Below, one piece after another: positions 40,232 to 53,770 of a DNA stretch of 64,000 nucleotides. Below the pieces are notes generated by a model. It saw nothing but the letters and a program-made list of their open reading frames with translations, was not told where the DNA came from and searched no databases. The stretch comes from Amoeboaphelidium protococcarum X5. Its lineage: Eukaryota > Fungi > Aphelidiomycota. The stretch covers positions 902,534-966,533 of the forward strand of contig JALDTO010000208.1 in assembly GCA_023515725.1 (NCBI GenBank). Direction: 5' to 3'. Numbering within the stretch: the stretch's first letter is position 1; every line of letters begins with the position of its first letter. The translations under genes and the position numbers were made by a program.

Positions 40232-41705
40232 TCAAAATGTATTAGTGTAAAAGTGTATCTGATGCTCCGTTTCGTCACGGCATAACACGCCCTTTGCTTC
40301 AATCGCCTACACAACAGTTATGACGTAATAATACTGAACGATTAAATGGTACAGTACAAACATATTTATTACTTACCAGTAGTTCCTCTTGTGCAAGAGC
40401 AATAGACAGTTTAGTATGTTCCGATAATATAAGAGCGTTGACGTACGGAATGTTTTAAAGTAGCTCCTTGAGAACGCGTTCAAGATCGAATCCAGAGTGC
40501 TTGATCAGCTTCAAACCAGACTAAAGTACTTGCACCTTTAGCGATGACTTATCATTTTCATTCCACAGCATACACGCATCATGCATATCATTGGCACTAA
40601 TAAGAGACATTCCGCGAGCTTTATTGTATAAACAGAAGGCGTCTGTCATACTTGCAGCTCCGAGACGAGCCAAGATTGGTTCCAGAAATTATCGAAGCTG
40701 TGTAGATAGTTCACTGATGTACAAGTCACCAGTCACGTCTCTTGTGACAATATTCGATATTCCAAGAGATTTCATTGCATCCTTCAGGTCAGTAATCTCA
40801 TCGCGTTTATTTACATTTGACCCGGCAGATGATTAATATTGCATCTTCTCTGCATAACTTGAGACCATTTGAACAACCATCTTTGACTTGGCCATCAGGG
40901 AATCCAAATCTTGAAATGCTTCATTCAGAGTCGCTTTATCAGTAAATCGCTTCTACTCTAAATTATTAAGCAGGCCAGAAAGACCAATTTACTGTTTAGT
41001 GGGCTACGATTCAGTCTATTGAACTTCCGAGTTACTTTATATCCACGATTTGGCACTCAAGACTTGCTTCAACTTTGTAAAAAATGCCGCCTATCCTCCA
41101 CTTCTGAAAGATAATTTTATATAATTAGGCCCAAGAGATGCCGCTTCTTCTGTTGAAATATCATTAACGTCAGCTTCATCAATTGACCTTTCAGGCCATA
41201 GCAAAGTGTCACATACGACACACTTCTGATCCCGACCAGAGTTTATGAATGTACACGCGCGACATTACACTTGAACATCAGCTTATAAAGACGCGATGCC
41301 ACAGACACTGCACTTAAGCGAAGATTTATATGTGGTCAAAGTATTAGATTCTTGACATACACCACAAATCCAAGTGCATAAATATGCATTATCACTTTGC
41401 TTTTAATTAGAGACTGAAGCACTACCACCAATAGATACAATAATCTTTGCGCTGGATGTAAGAAATGCAGATTTTTGCAAAACCAACTTTATTCTACTCA
41501 AACTCAATCGATACTTGGATTACTCACCACTAACCCAGTACATTTTACGATTGGTCAAGTAGAGTACTCCCATCTCACCAGCAAGTCGCTGCTCTCTGTC
41601 ATACAGTCCAACATCTTGTTACATCAGCTGCAGTCGATCCTCATCATCGAAAAGTGGTCTTAGGGAATCAGGAACAAGTTTGAATGTACTCTCTAAAAAT
41701 TCCAT
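40232..41705 (-). CDS. VPS36: ESCRT-II subunit Vps36 (GLUE domain with NZF fingers); join(40232..40306,40377..41705)
   Basis: VGLYD, GVLYLTN, WICGVC, CRACTFIN, YIKLSFRSGG, EAFQDLDSLM, YNKARG, GVLCRDE; 70-nt intron. Confidence 0.93.
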
Positions 41706-43033
41706 TACTTTATTAAATAAATATATAAAACTGTTCAACTTTTACTGAGTAAGGACGTCTCAATGTGCCAACTGACTGATGTATTAGAGAGAGAGAGAGA
41801 ACTTCTTTAGAGTTGATCGCTTAGAACCGGATCGTCTTTCATTTTCAACAGGCGAAAACAGAGTATACGGTGGAATCAATGGGAATTAACATTAATGGTC
41901 GTATATTTACTTGTTAGAGTTGTCGAAAAATTGCATCTGGCTCTTCGCCACAAGGACGTCACGCTGAATTGAACAACTCTAAGTTTCAGTCTGGGTTGAT
42001 GGTAAGAACCTTATTATCACGATGACTTGACAATGCTTGACGCTATTTTACGGTTTAATCGCTCAAAGAAGTTCGCGTTATTGCTGGATAAATACGGCTC
42101 CAACATTACGATATGCTCAAGTTTCTGGCTGGATGTATTGAAGCATTTAAAGGTATAACTTATAATCTGTTAGAAGGTTAAAGTTAGGTTGTTGAATGAG
42201 ACTTGGACACTGTGTAATGATTCTGATTGTGACGAAACTGGAATCACTTGTTGTAAACACGCGTAAATATTAAATCAGTGCTGATAACTTCTACTCTTTG
42301 CTATTAAGGTCGACCTCATGCCCTAAAATTATAATCTGAGATACAGATAACAAGTACATTTAATCTAGTATACATTCGGCTGAAGAGAAACTATGAGTCA
42401 TGGGGCGAGTTAGCATACTATAACATCAGCTAAACTCTTCTATATAAGGTTGTGTTATCAGCCATGGCACCAGAGTCAAGCACGATGATGATGGTGTTGC
42501 TTTACACTTATATCAGTTTTTCTGCATGCATGCAACCTACTGGCAGACAAATGTTGATATGAAGATAATCCTAGATGGTGCATATACAATGAACTCATGC
42601 AATATCAAAAGGCCAAGAAATAATAATAGAAACTAGAATAGACAGCATCCTTATGCCGCTACAGAAAGAAGTTTCAGAACACTTCGCGATGTAAGGGCTC
42701 ATCTGATGGAACATGGAATAACAGAGAATGAGTATCATCACATTGTAGTGAACTCGTTTACTGCCAAGTGTAGAACTAGCCATCTGCTGTAATAATACGA
42801 ACATATACTGGACGGCTCATAGAGAAAGGCTCTCGACATTCGTCGCCCAGTTTGTTCAAGCTTCCGTGTATCTTTTATCAATTGTAAGGCGTTTGCTGCT
42901 GGAGTAGTAAAATAAAAGAGGTTAAAAAACAGCAACTTTATAATATTTTCAATATTAATGCTAGCGTTCTCTGTCAAACGATGTTTTTACATCTGTAGTC
43001 TAGTTACCTGACTCCAGAATGGAGATAAGCTGA

Positions 43034-43258
43034 TTCTGTGTACTCACTTAAGCGGTGGAGTATGAATTATGGTGCAAGAAGTTAAAAACGCTCCTATCAT
43101 TCTTGGACCTTTGGGATGATGCCAACTCCCAACATCTTGACACCAAGGAAACTGAGTTGGAGTTGATGCATAAGAGATCTCTGCAGTATTGGGATGAGAT
43201 TAGTTAGAATAGAAGAGGGTACAGAGACAACGCGTCTAAGACGGACACATCTGCTTGA
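43034..43258 (+). mobile_element. Possible decayed Ty1/copia gag N-terminal fragment
   Basis: EYELWCKKLKTLLSFLDLWD resembles the Y..W...L...DLW motif of copia gag. Flanked by TGA stops; no LTR or pol seen. Confidence 0.25.
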
Positions 43259-43681
43259 TTAGAACCCTCTGAGTATGTTGATATGATCAACATGTACTAC
43301 CTAATGTGGGTTACTGATCATATCTTACATCTTGGCATTGCAAGGCCTACATGTTTTAAGTGAGAAGCAGGGAGGCGTGATAATGCATCAAACAACATAG
43401 GAAGATTCAAATTGGTACATGCTAGGAATTTTAAGTGGGCAATCTTCATAATAATATCTCAATAAGATCATCTCAACTGCTCACAAGGGCAACGACAAGA
43501 AAAGGCCCCGCTAATGCCGGTGTTATCAGAATTAATGATTTATCTACGAGCTACTAATGCATTAATGACCAGGAAACGATTGCATTAAAATCGTTGGAGA
43601 AAATGTAAGAAGAGATCCAATAGATTTGACTTACAGAAACATTAAAATGTAATACATTCATCAATAGCTATATGACATTAT

Positions 43682-44446
43682 TCATTATTTTTACTTTACT
43701 AGGCTCTTGAATGCACTAACTGTGGAGGTATAATCCAGCAGAGAATCTCTAGAGTCGGTCGTTTTGAATTGGAGAAAATCGATAAATTCTCTACCAAACT
43801 CTGCCTGAATCTTGACGCGGCGAGACTCTTTATTACCATTTTACTTCTATTAGGAGGAGGAGGAGAGGGAAGATGAACTATTATTATTATTAGTATTATT
43901 ATTATAAGACATATAAATGTACAGCGTCTCAATGATCGAGTGGAAAAGACGATCCGATGTAGATTGAGCATTGATAACTTGATGTATGGCACGCAAATCC
44001 AAAATATCATCCGCCGACTGATCATCAAGAGAGATCATTAATTATATTGTTTCAACTAGAGATATTTTAACCTTTTCCAATATTCTATCTGAATTAAGCA
44101 ATTGATGTAGCACTTGACTACATTCAGCGGTACTTTCCCTATCTCCGAGTAATAATTGCCTGGCAATGAGACCCTCTAGAGCATGACATGCATACATGAT
44201 CTCTTCATCATTCCGGGTGACTCTTATAATCTAAAACAAGATTTCAGCGAGTGATTTAGTCACTGACAATAAACTAGTAGTCTTTACTATATCTTCCACT
44301 TGATGCAATAAAGAGCACAACATTCTCAAACCATCTATTCGCAGGTGGACAAGCTAACATTCCATCAGTCTTAAACATTCCTGCATTTTGAATTCAACCT
44401 TTTTCTACTCCAAAAGTTACTGCTATTGCAACTAGAGAGAGACCAT
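43682..44446 (-). CDS. Hypothetical helical (HEAT/ARM-like) protein, 254 aa
   Basis: TGA-free frame from ATG 44446; Leu-rich amphipathic helices and an Asn/Ser tract. Confidence 0.65.
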
Positions 44447-44790
44447 GATCATCTGAAGAGTATTATGCACCAAATTAATTTGTACAGTAGAATGGATAAT
44501 GAAACAATGGGCGGGTGGGAGTTTCGAAGTTGAAACAATTTTGGGTGAATAAAAGTAAACGCTCGCTCAGCTAAAGGAAGAAGCGAGCTCGATTTCACAG
44601 GCATACGCACGCTCTCTCTCTCTTCCTCACTATCTCATTCAACCATTGCAGGAGATGTACTGGTTTTGTACAGGCCAACCCTCACTCTCTGCTACGTATT
44701 GTTCCCTAAATGTCTTAGATAAATGACGCGTCACTATTAAGAAGGAGCTTGCTGAAGTGAAGTATTTTATCAAGATTAACGCAAAGACAT

Positions 44791-44814
44791 CTTATACGAG
44801 GCTTATACGAGGCT
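44791..44814. repeat. Short tandem duplication (CTTATACGAGG x2)
   Basis: cttatacgaggcttatacgaggct. Confidence 0.7.
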
Positions 44815-44999
44815 AAAACTGTATTGATTGCCTTATAGGCTATATGTGAGTGGCAAACGGGTAATAATTGTAGACTAATAATATACTTCGTTACATCATG
44901 ATACCGATAATCAAAAAAATGTTAGTGTATTCCAAGACTGTTGGATTAATTAAAGTTGGCATCCTAATACTAAGACGATATTGAATTTGATTTGATAGT

Positions 45000-47130
45000 T
45001 TTCGGACTTAAGGTTACAATATATTCTCTTTTTGATTAGTTTTCATAGCTTTAATATTGGCATTATTGCAACCTAAAAGTCAGGAAACTGCTGATGCTGG
45101 TCAGAATGCAATAGAAGCTCCTGTCTTCGGAGATTCATTGTTGAAAAATGCGATGGTGGTTTAAATACGGTCAAAGACTGGATTCAAATGTTTGTGTCTA
45201 ATTCATCCATAAGTGCATTGCTGACTATTGGCCTGAAGTGATTGAAGACGCTCGTTGCATTGCCATCACTAGGAATAAACAGCTGTTTACGATGATTTTT
45301 GACATCAGGAGGGATGTGATTATTGCTGCATGCAGGCTGAAGTCGTATGGCATTGGTAGAAAGAAATTTTCAGACTGAAAAATGTTTATCGATAGAACAT
45401 GGTCAGAGACTTAGGTTCCACGGCGTAGCCATCGTAGAATAGATTCGATCTCAGTGATTTTGGTTCAATCTTGGCAGAACGACTGACTGGACTCTGCTGG
45501 ACTCTGCTGGATAACCGATTGCCTAACCGATTATTTCCCGATTCCTCGCCTGGATAGTGTATTTTTAGACATCAGCAAATGTGGCTATTTCTCTATAGTT
45601 GATTATATAGATTTTTTTATCTTGGTTCTAAGTACAAGTTGCATCAAAGACGAACTGCTTTCCGTGTTGTTTCTGGTATATACATGTACCTAAGATTGCC
45701 ACAAGGATATAAGAATAATTTTGTTCACTCAACAATTTCTCGCGTACTGCTGCCTTTAATTTATGGGTGTGCGACAGTGGCTCAACGGCGTTTGTTACAT
45801 GTAGAAAGGACTGGCTGATTGATTATGTCGAGGAGCCTGGGTTGTGTCGCACCGCAGAGGCCGCAAATCGGGTGGCTATTGTCGGAAAGGGATGAATGTT
45901 TCTTGAGTATGACGTAGCCGGTAACAAGAGTTATGTCATGGCGTCTGAGGTTTGGTACAGCCCAATGTTTGGCTATAACCTCTTTCCCGTCAATAAATTC
46001 AGTAAGACCAAGGAAATGTCTGCGTTCTTCAATAATGGCTAAGTGATCGTGAAAAATTAGAATGAAGTCATTGCCACAGCTGAACTGCAGGACAATGGAG
46101 ACATGGAGGATCTCTTTGTGATGAAAGTCAAAGTCGTTACCGAAGCCAAAGGTCCTCATAACAATGTCTTATCGGTAAGACTGCATTGAGAATTGTCAAT
46201 GAGGACAACATTCGGCCTCGACAATTGAGGCAGCGTATGATTCCAGCCGTGTGATAACATGATTTGCGTTATAATTCTGCAGATTAGATATCAACTTTTG
46301 GTTAGTAGTCTGATACTTAGAATGAATTCAATCGTGATAGTGATCTTGATTCCGATTTAACTGTTGTCGGCCTTTACGATAATAATGGTTGTAATATTAA
46401 ATAATGATAATGCAGATCAATCATCTATAGCTCGCGATGATTATTTCGATATATACCCAAAATTATAGCAAATATTGGCCAAGTATGTAAAATATAAATA
46501 AAAATATCACGATGGAGCAGGATTTACATTGAATCGATTACGAGAATGTGTTGACTTGATTAATTTAGTTTCCCATCGCGTCAAGATAGCTTGCCAGAAT
46601 AAGCAAGTGTTGGTAGAATAAATGGCCAAGTGTTTAATTACATAATCTTCTGATAATAGATGAATGATTGCCTCACCTGCGGAAGTATCGCGTCTGGGCC
46701 TGATGGAGTAGTTCTCTCCTCGGGTGAAGAATTACCACTACTGAAATAAATTCTAAGACCAATGAGCACTACCAAGTTTAACTAATTAACTTATCATTAT
46801 AGATGGTACTCCTTCTATTTAATAGTTTATCTCGTTTTTGCGGTAGACTTGTAGCTGCGTCAGTCAAAGATGGTAGTATCCTCTTACGGCGCTGAATATC
46901 TTGCTCTCCCAGACGACTTTGATTAGAGTGACACTTCATTGATGTTTTACTTCAAAAAATGGACTGAACTTTGAGGCTAGAAATTGCTGTTGATCCATGT
47001 GTAAGGAATTCTTTTTTGATGTGGTCGGCCTAGTTACTTTATTGATTGCTAGAGTGTCAGTACTGAAGATATTTCTTTGAACAATGATACCACTCGTGTT
47101 AATAGCGCAAATAATGGTAATGTAAGAAGA
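45000..47130 (+). pseudogene. Probable decayed coding region(s)
   Basis: Protein-like runs (e.g. MVVILNNDNADQSSIARDDYFDIYPKL... from about 46385) are interrupted by in-frame TGA and frame switches; microduplications at 45487-45531. Confidence 0.3.
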
Positions 47131-47271
47131 TGTGTCAGTTGGATGGTCAATGTACTAAGAGTGAATTATAATGGGAAAAAATCAGTTGGCTAAACAACAT
47201 TATTACGGGCATTTTGTGATATAGATACTTCAATTCGTCTCAAAACTCACATGGTCAACATATAGTTATAA

Positions 47272-47976
47272 TCAATACTAACTTAAAAGATTCAAGTCGC
47301 CCTTGTTTTCCATTTCCATATCAGTATCTTACAATGTTAAAATCGCGTTGTCCGTCTTGACAGTCGACTTCTTCGCAAGACGGCGTTATTCAGACTGGAG
47401 ATAAACTTCATGCAACGCGCAAATTCTCTCGTCATACTCGGTGATTTTCTCATTCAACTCAATGGTGCCTTAAACTGCAGCTTCTCTCGACACGTAGTTA
47501 GTCTGAATATCATTAAATTTTCCCAGAGCTTCCGTGTATTGAGCAATGTGCTCCCTCTAGGCCTACTACTGCAATTCGCGTGACTTGATCAACTACTTTA
47601 ATTTACTCTTAATATTACGAGCTGCGATAATCTCTGCGCGTCTACGTTTCAAGCGGTCAAGTATATCAAATGAATCCAAGTGTTAATTTGCAGTTTCATT
47701 ACTCTAGTTAGATGGATCTTCTTCTTGTGGCACTTGAAAGATATTTTTCATTACAAAAGCTTCCCATCTATCCAAGTTTTTGTCCATAGTTGATTCCAAG
47801 AGTGACGCCAGTTCATGCCACTACTTTTCAGAACATTTAGCAGAGTCAAGCTTTCTCTCCAGGCAGTCTAATTACGCTTACAATGAAGTACTAAGAGCAT
47901 CAACCACCTCATCTACAAAATCTGCAGTAGAAAACTGCAAAACTTGTAATACTTTAGACTGTGATTGTAAATCCAT
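47272..47976 (-). CDS. MIS12: Kinetochore protein Mis12/Mtw1, 234 aa
   Basis: FVDEVVDAL...LASLLESTMDKNLDRWEAFVMKNIFQVP followed by a coiled coil. Confidence 0.8.
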
Positions 47977-48199
47977 TTTATATGCTGCTTCTTAAAGGAA
48001 TATGATTGAGTGAGTGAATGAGTGAATGAAACTGAAGCAATTGAAGAAGTTGAAACGGCGCGGAGAACATCAAAATCGTTTCACTCTAAAGGAAATGGCA
48101 ACAGAAAAGCCAAATAACTCATCAATTAAAGACTCAATACGCTTCCAGTTACAAAATAATATATTACAAGCCATAAGACGATGTCAAATTATATCTTTG

Positions 48200-48715
48200 T
48201 CATTCTGTGTATTAATTTTAATACGGTAGATCAATGATCCGCGTACATTCCAAGACGTATTTGCCTTCTTTATATTTCTGAGATTCTTCATACGCGTGTA
48301 TATACTTCCATCCTATCAAGAGACCGCATTGGACACATGCTATATCGCACACTCGATGCATTCCAGTGGCCATTAATCTGTCTTCGCCAGCGTCAAACTC
48401 GTCATCGTTGTCTGAGAATATATCTCGCCTATTCTCACCTACCGATAGAGGCGTATATCTATTAGGACTGGACGTGATTTAATACCGTATGCCAGGACTA
48501 CTGCTAGCACTATTACTATTATAGCTTTACCTGTGACCATCTGTTTCAGATGCTTTAAACCGGTTAGAATTGACGACAGCATTGACCAAATACGCGCGAC
48601 CAAAATGGCCGTGAAAAGCACGAGAAATGATATCGTCTTGTGTGGTCAAATGAGTCTTGCACTTACTACATCCAATGACGTGTTACTCCAAATACTTGCG
48701 ATAAATTCTGCCCAT
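48200..48715 (-). CDS. Yippee/YPEL zinc-binding protein with internal insertion, 171 aa
   Basis: MGRIYRKYL...CSKCKTHL...[15 protein letters not shown]...[20 protein letters not shown]...GWKY...[12 protein letters not shown]. Confidence 0.9.
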
Positions 48716-49149
48716 AACAATTTGAGAGTTATTACTAGGATTTTTTCAATTCATTGAATATCAGGAAAGTAAGAAAACTATTGATTCAAAAGGGCCAAGA
48801 CGGATTTGGTATGCTCATGTGATGTTTTGATCTTGTGACAAGTCGGATCGCGACATCATTCGGCAGAGAAAAGTCATCAGGACTACACTCAACACCACTA
48901 TATCTGGTACGTATATTACGCATTTGCTTTTCTTATAATGCCCTAAATATTTTTCAAACTGTCTAATGGCTATCTATTTTTACAGCTAACAATCGTGATT
49001 ATCGGTGAATTCAGCTGAATGGAAAAGGCTGATGCGGGGCCATGTGAAATGTGACGAGTCAAGGCTGCAATTCTTCCTCATCCGCCATCACAATAGCAGC
49101 TTTTATAATAAACTACCCTCTCTATATATATATATATCATACTATAGTC

Positions 49150-50169
49150 ATGAACAAATTGCCTATCGAGCTGATTGAGAATATTGTTGTCGAGTGCTGC
49201 TCGTCAGTATATCAAGAGAGTTTGAGGGAGCAGACATTGAAACTTGATTTCGTGCCTCTGCAGACTTCATTTCTGATTGCTCTTAACAAGGCAAGGTAAT
49301 TTATAGAGTTGATTTCCTCTGGGGATGATGAATTAAGTCGTGACATTAAAAGTATTCTATAATCAAATAATTTTGCAGCTCAAATTTTAAGTAGGATATT
49401 TGGCTTAATCCATCAGGCAGACGGTTACTCAACCTTCAGCCAACCTACTGATCGCCAATCAATAGAATCATGTTTCAGTCGGATTTAATTAGAATGTCAT
49501 CAAGTGTTTTAGATTGTTATGAACCTCAGTGCACATGCGCTATGTGATGATGATATCGACGCACTGCTAGTCTGGTAGTGTAATACCACCACCAACCGCG
49601 ATACGGACAAACCATCCGACTGGGTTTGTGCAAGGCTGTTTGGCTCTGATTAAATTCTGTTTTTGCTTAACAATGGCCGGTGTATTACTTTAGACGCGCA
49701 AGTAGAAAGTGCAACCTCCTCTAACTTTGGGAAGTAAAAGCCATAGACAGTCATTAGGCGCAGACGCCGTAAATTTGGCGCGTCGAATATTAGTTTAAAC
49801 AACAATTAGTCCTCTAATGGCACTTTTTATGGCGCGTAATCTGCTCCGATTAGTTCAGCTGGTGGGTCAATTTCACAGCTGGATTAGATACAGTCTTTTG
49901 CAAAGAGACCTTATTATTTTGACGATTTGGTAACCACTTACTACCGTCATGGTATTAATAAATTAAGATTTATTGATCTGCAAAATGATTTGGATCTATA
50001 ACTCCAGACCAAGTGTGATATCCAAGTGTAGCAGTGCAAAATATGTTAACTTGATTATCCTCTATGTGGTAATTTGCAACGCTCCTCCCAATTTGATCTA
50101 TGCGGCCAGTGTCGGTACATCATGGAGGCTGACTTTTTCAACTGGCGTAACATGCACTTGGACAGATGA
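49150..50169 (+). CDS. Hypothetical protein with F-box-like N-terminus and C-terminal CxxC pairs, 339 aa
   Basis: MNKLPIELIENIV; RRRRRK; CKIC...CGQC; frame open to TGA 50169. Confidence 0.7.
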
Positions 50170-50490
50170 TATTAGATAGACTCATCGCTAATCGTGATTA
50201 ATAGATTGCTTAACATTCCTTAATGAAATTAGCTTTTATTAAAATTCTATCTATTGTCTTTCTACCTTATGATTGTTATTCATTCATCCAGATGACTTCA
50301 ATTTCCCATTCTAAAACGGTTTCAAAGTGAAACGAAAGAAGAAGTATTTCAGACACGTCGCGCGTCAGTTATCTCCGTTTACTTCTTCTCTTTTTCTTTT
50401 TAGTCGGTAGAATAGCGGATACATTTTAATTTCTCATTTTTGTGAAGTTCTTGGAATATAATTATTATTTACGTTACATAAATAGATTTA

Positions 50491-51570
50491 ATGACTAGTG
50501 ATGCCCAAGTTGAGATGAATTTGCCTCAAGAATTGAAGGCTAAGCTGGATGTAGCTAAGAATTTGTTGATGCAAGATGAGTATGAGCAGTCTGTGGAGAC
50601 GTGTGTAAGTCTTTTGGAGGATGCAGTTGCTCATTATGATGGTGAAGATCTACATCCTGCTCTTGGACTGGTCTGGTATATCTATGGAAAAGCTCTTTTG
50701 GGATTAAGTATGTCTAATGCTGCTAATCTATTTGGTGACGCTGTAAAAGATGCGGATGACTCTAATTTGTAACAAATTCTTGAAGAGACATCAGGAGCTG
50801 AAGGGTAGGAGCAGGAAGATGATGAAAATGACAATGATGGTGCAGACGGTTCAGATGAGAATGATGGAGATGGAAAGCAAGATTAAAATGATGACTACGA
50901 TGATGCATGGCAGGCGCTTGAGACTAGTAGATTGATTTATGAGAAGCTAGTGTCTGGGCTCAGATCTAACGATGACAGTCCTCATCTGCTTCAATTGGCT
51001 GATATATACAATGCCTTGGGTGATCTGGGAACGGAGATGGAGAATTTTGAAGCTGCTTTGGCGGATTATGATAAATCTTATGGCATAAAGAAGACGTTAA
51101 GTCAATCCAATGACAGCTTCCTCCGCGAGTTGTCTGAGCTGCATTTCAGAAAAGCAATCGTCTATGAGTTATAGAATGATTTTAAGTCTGCTATTGCGGA
51201 AATGGATTAGTCAAAGTCTATTTTGAATAGTTTTATTAATGCGAAGAAAGCTTAAGGTGAAGATGTCACTGAGGTTGAATCGTTATTACCAGAGTTGGAT
51301 GAGAAAATGGCTGATTTGAAATCTTAATCTGAGCAGAAAGTGTTGGATTAATCTGATAATGAACCGCAGCCATAAACTACGATTGGATTTTAGTCATCCT
51401 CAAAGACTATTTCCACCGTGAATGAAGTTTAGAGTCTGGATGGATTGATTAAGCAGAAATCTGTGTAATCTGTCGCCACCTCCATGAAGATCAAGAGAAA
51501 AGACCAAGATGAGACGTTACAGGAAGCTGGTCCCTCTACAGTCTCTTCTCCTAAAAAGTCGAAATAGTGA
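50491..51570 (+). CDS. NASP: NASP/Sim3/Hif1 SHNi-TPR histone chaperone, 359 aa
   Basis: YIYGKALL, acidic insert, DDAWQALETSRLIY, LADIYNALGDLGTEMENFEAALADY, RELSELHF. Confidence 0.88.
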
Positions 51571-51603
51571 TTTAAAACACTGTATTGATATCTAATAGTT
51601 CAA

Positions 51604-53547
51604 TCATTACTCCACGTTCTCCTTGTCCTGTAGATACTTTTTGTACTAGTTTCCACAATGACAAGGACACAAAACTTATGCCAATTACTCTCGAGGTAAA
51701 TCCTTCAATTGCAATCCAGAATTACCAGACTATTACTTAATTGCCTCCGTACTCTAATGAAATGCTTCTTAACAACATCTGGAACACTTTAATCTTAAGC
51801 ACCTGCTACTAGCAACGTTACTACAGCCTGGGCACTTCAAGTGACGCCAATTAGCAACACGATCTTTGCCGTACATTGCCACCTTCCTCTAAAAGTCCTC
51901 TTTCTACTACATGCGAGATTGCAATCGTCTGGCCTTACGTAATTCCCTTTATTCAATCACATGCTACTTTGACTCCTCAGCTGTTAGAGATCTAGACGAG
52001 CTGATTTAATCAACAACACCATCAACTTGATTGCTTTAATCAGATGCAAGCATAGGTGAAGTTACGGATACAGGCTTATCCTAATTATGACAGCGCACAT
52101 ATGGCTACAAGACCCAATACGGCAGGATTCGGAAGCCATTCTTCACAAGGACACCTTAAGGCGTGCATTCTCTGACCACAGCACCGTCGCGTGTCAATAG
52201 AGACCATTACGATTCGTCATTCTAGATATCATCTTCAATCCTCTTTTACAGCTCCCGAAGGACAGTTAGATAGTCTGTCAGAGTTCTGACTATTCCAAGC
52301 TTAGCCCTGTATTGTGGGAATACATCCAATATTGATCTAAGCAACTTGAAAATGTGTCCACCTATGGAACTCGCGCCGTGAAATTTCAGATTACCATCCA
52401 TTGTTGTATCCACTTTCACTATCAATTTACCTTCCTTAACATATTGTTCACGGTGCACAGCGTCATATTCACACCCTTCACCATTAAACTTCAGCAACCG
52501 ACCAAACTTGCATCCAAATGCCGCCAACACGTATTAAATAGCAACTTGAGTAGCTGGTGGATGCTCAATCAGAAGAGGATACATCTCAATGTTCTAAGCT
52601 TTACTTAAAAAGTCTTTGCCACAAAAATCAACATCCAGATATAGTTGAGGTTGAGCCAGAGACGGAGCAAATACAGCGGGATTGTATAGATTCGTCTCAG
52701 AGACCATCACAGCATCACAACCAGTATATTCCAAGCAAGACTGAATATCGTCAAAATACAGGATATTTCCATTAGAAAACACCGGGATATCTGTAATAGC
52801 TTAGCGAACCGCACGTATTTTATCCCAATCTGCAAGTCCGGTGTTGACACCTTTCATTTCTCTAGTTCGTCCATGGACAGTCAAAATTTGAGCTCCAGCA
52901 CTACGAATCATACGCGCGTATTCTACTGTCTTATCCAGATCATCAAAGACGCGTATCTTGGCAGTGACCGGAATGTCTAGCTCTTTATGTAAAGTATTAA
53001 TCAGACGATAAATCAAGTCCCAATCCTCCATCAGAAAAGCGCCATAATGTCCACGTTTAGCAATTCCTTGAGGACAGCCGAGATTCAGATCGATCGCTTT
53101 GACGTGGCCCTCTGCGGCAATCATACGTGCCACATTCAGTAGAGTATCAGGATCATTGGCGCATATCTAAGCGATAAGTGGACTGTCAATTTCCTCTTGA
53201 TGATATCCAATCTACTTGAGCACCTGTCTATCAGCAGAAGCGTTGACCATCGAATCGTAAAAATGATTGCAGCATCGATTTGCGCTATTGATCTAAAACT
53301 GGTGCTCAGTCATTCTAGCGTGAATCATTGGAGTATAACACAACTGGGCACCATAAATCGAGCTCAAAACACGCCATGGGAGTTCAGAAGCATCCACCAT
53401 GGGAGCGACGACATACTTGGGACTGCCCAACGACTTATAGAGATCGTATCCAGATAACTTTTTGCCGTTTATCATTTTTTCGCTCTACGGAGACGAATCG
53501 AGATTTAGTTGATTTGCCAATGAGAATTTGGTGGATCTCAATAGCAT
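51604..53547 (-). CDS. DUS1: tRNA-dihydrouridine(16/17) synthase (start uncertain: ATG 53565, 53547 or 53475)
   Basis: [52 protein letters not shown]; C-terminal Cys cluster CPGC...C...CSRCC. Confidence 0.93.
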
Positions 53548-53770
53548 TTCTAAATAATCTTTCATCTAAATTATTTGTTGTGTTTCAGCAATATTCCATG
53601 CTTTTAATATTCAACCAATTTTGAACGTCGTGCTTCATGTTGATATATCATGCGTTGACTCGCAAGTCTCTGAGTGCTAACAGCGGCAAAGAGTCTGAAA
53701 TAAAGCACATGTAAAACATTCAATCGTAATTTATTATAACATCACTTTACTCATCTTAATACCATCATAA

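Noticed and set aside
48520-48570. Apparent frameshift in the Yippee gene ([13 protein letters not shown] in another frame)
   Set aside because: The conserved [10 protein letters not shown] resumes in the original frame further downstream, so no frameshift is needed.
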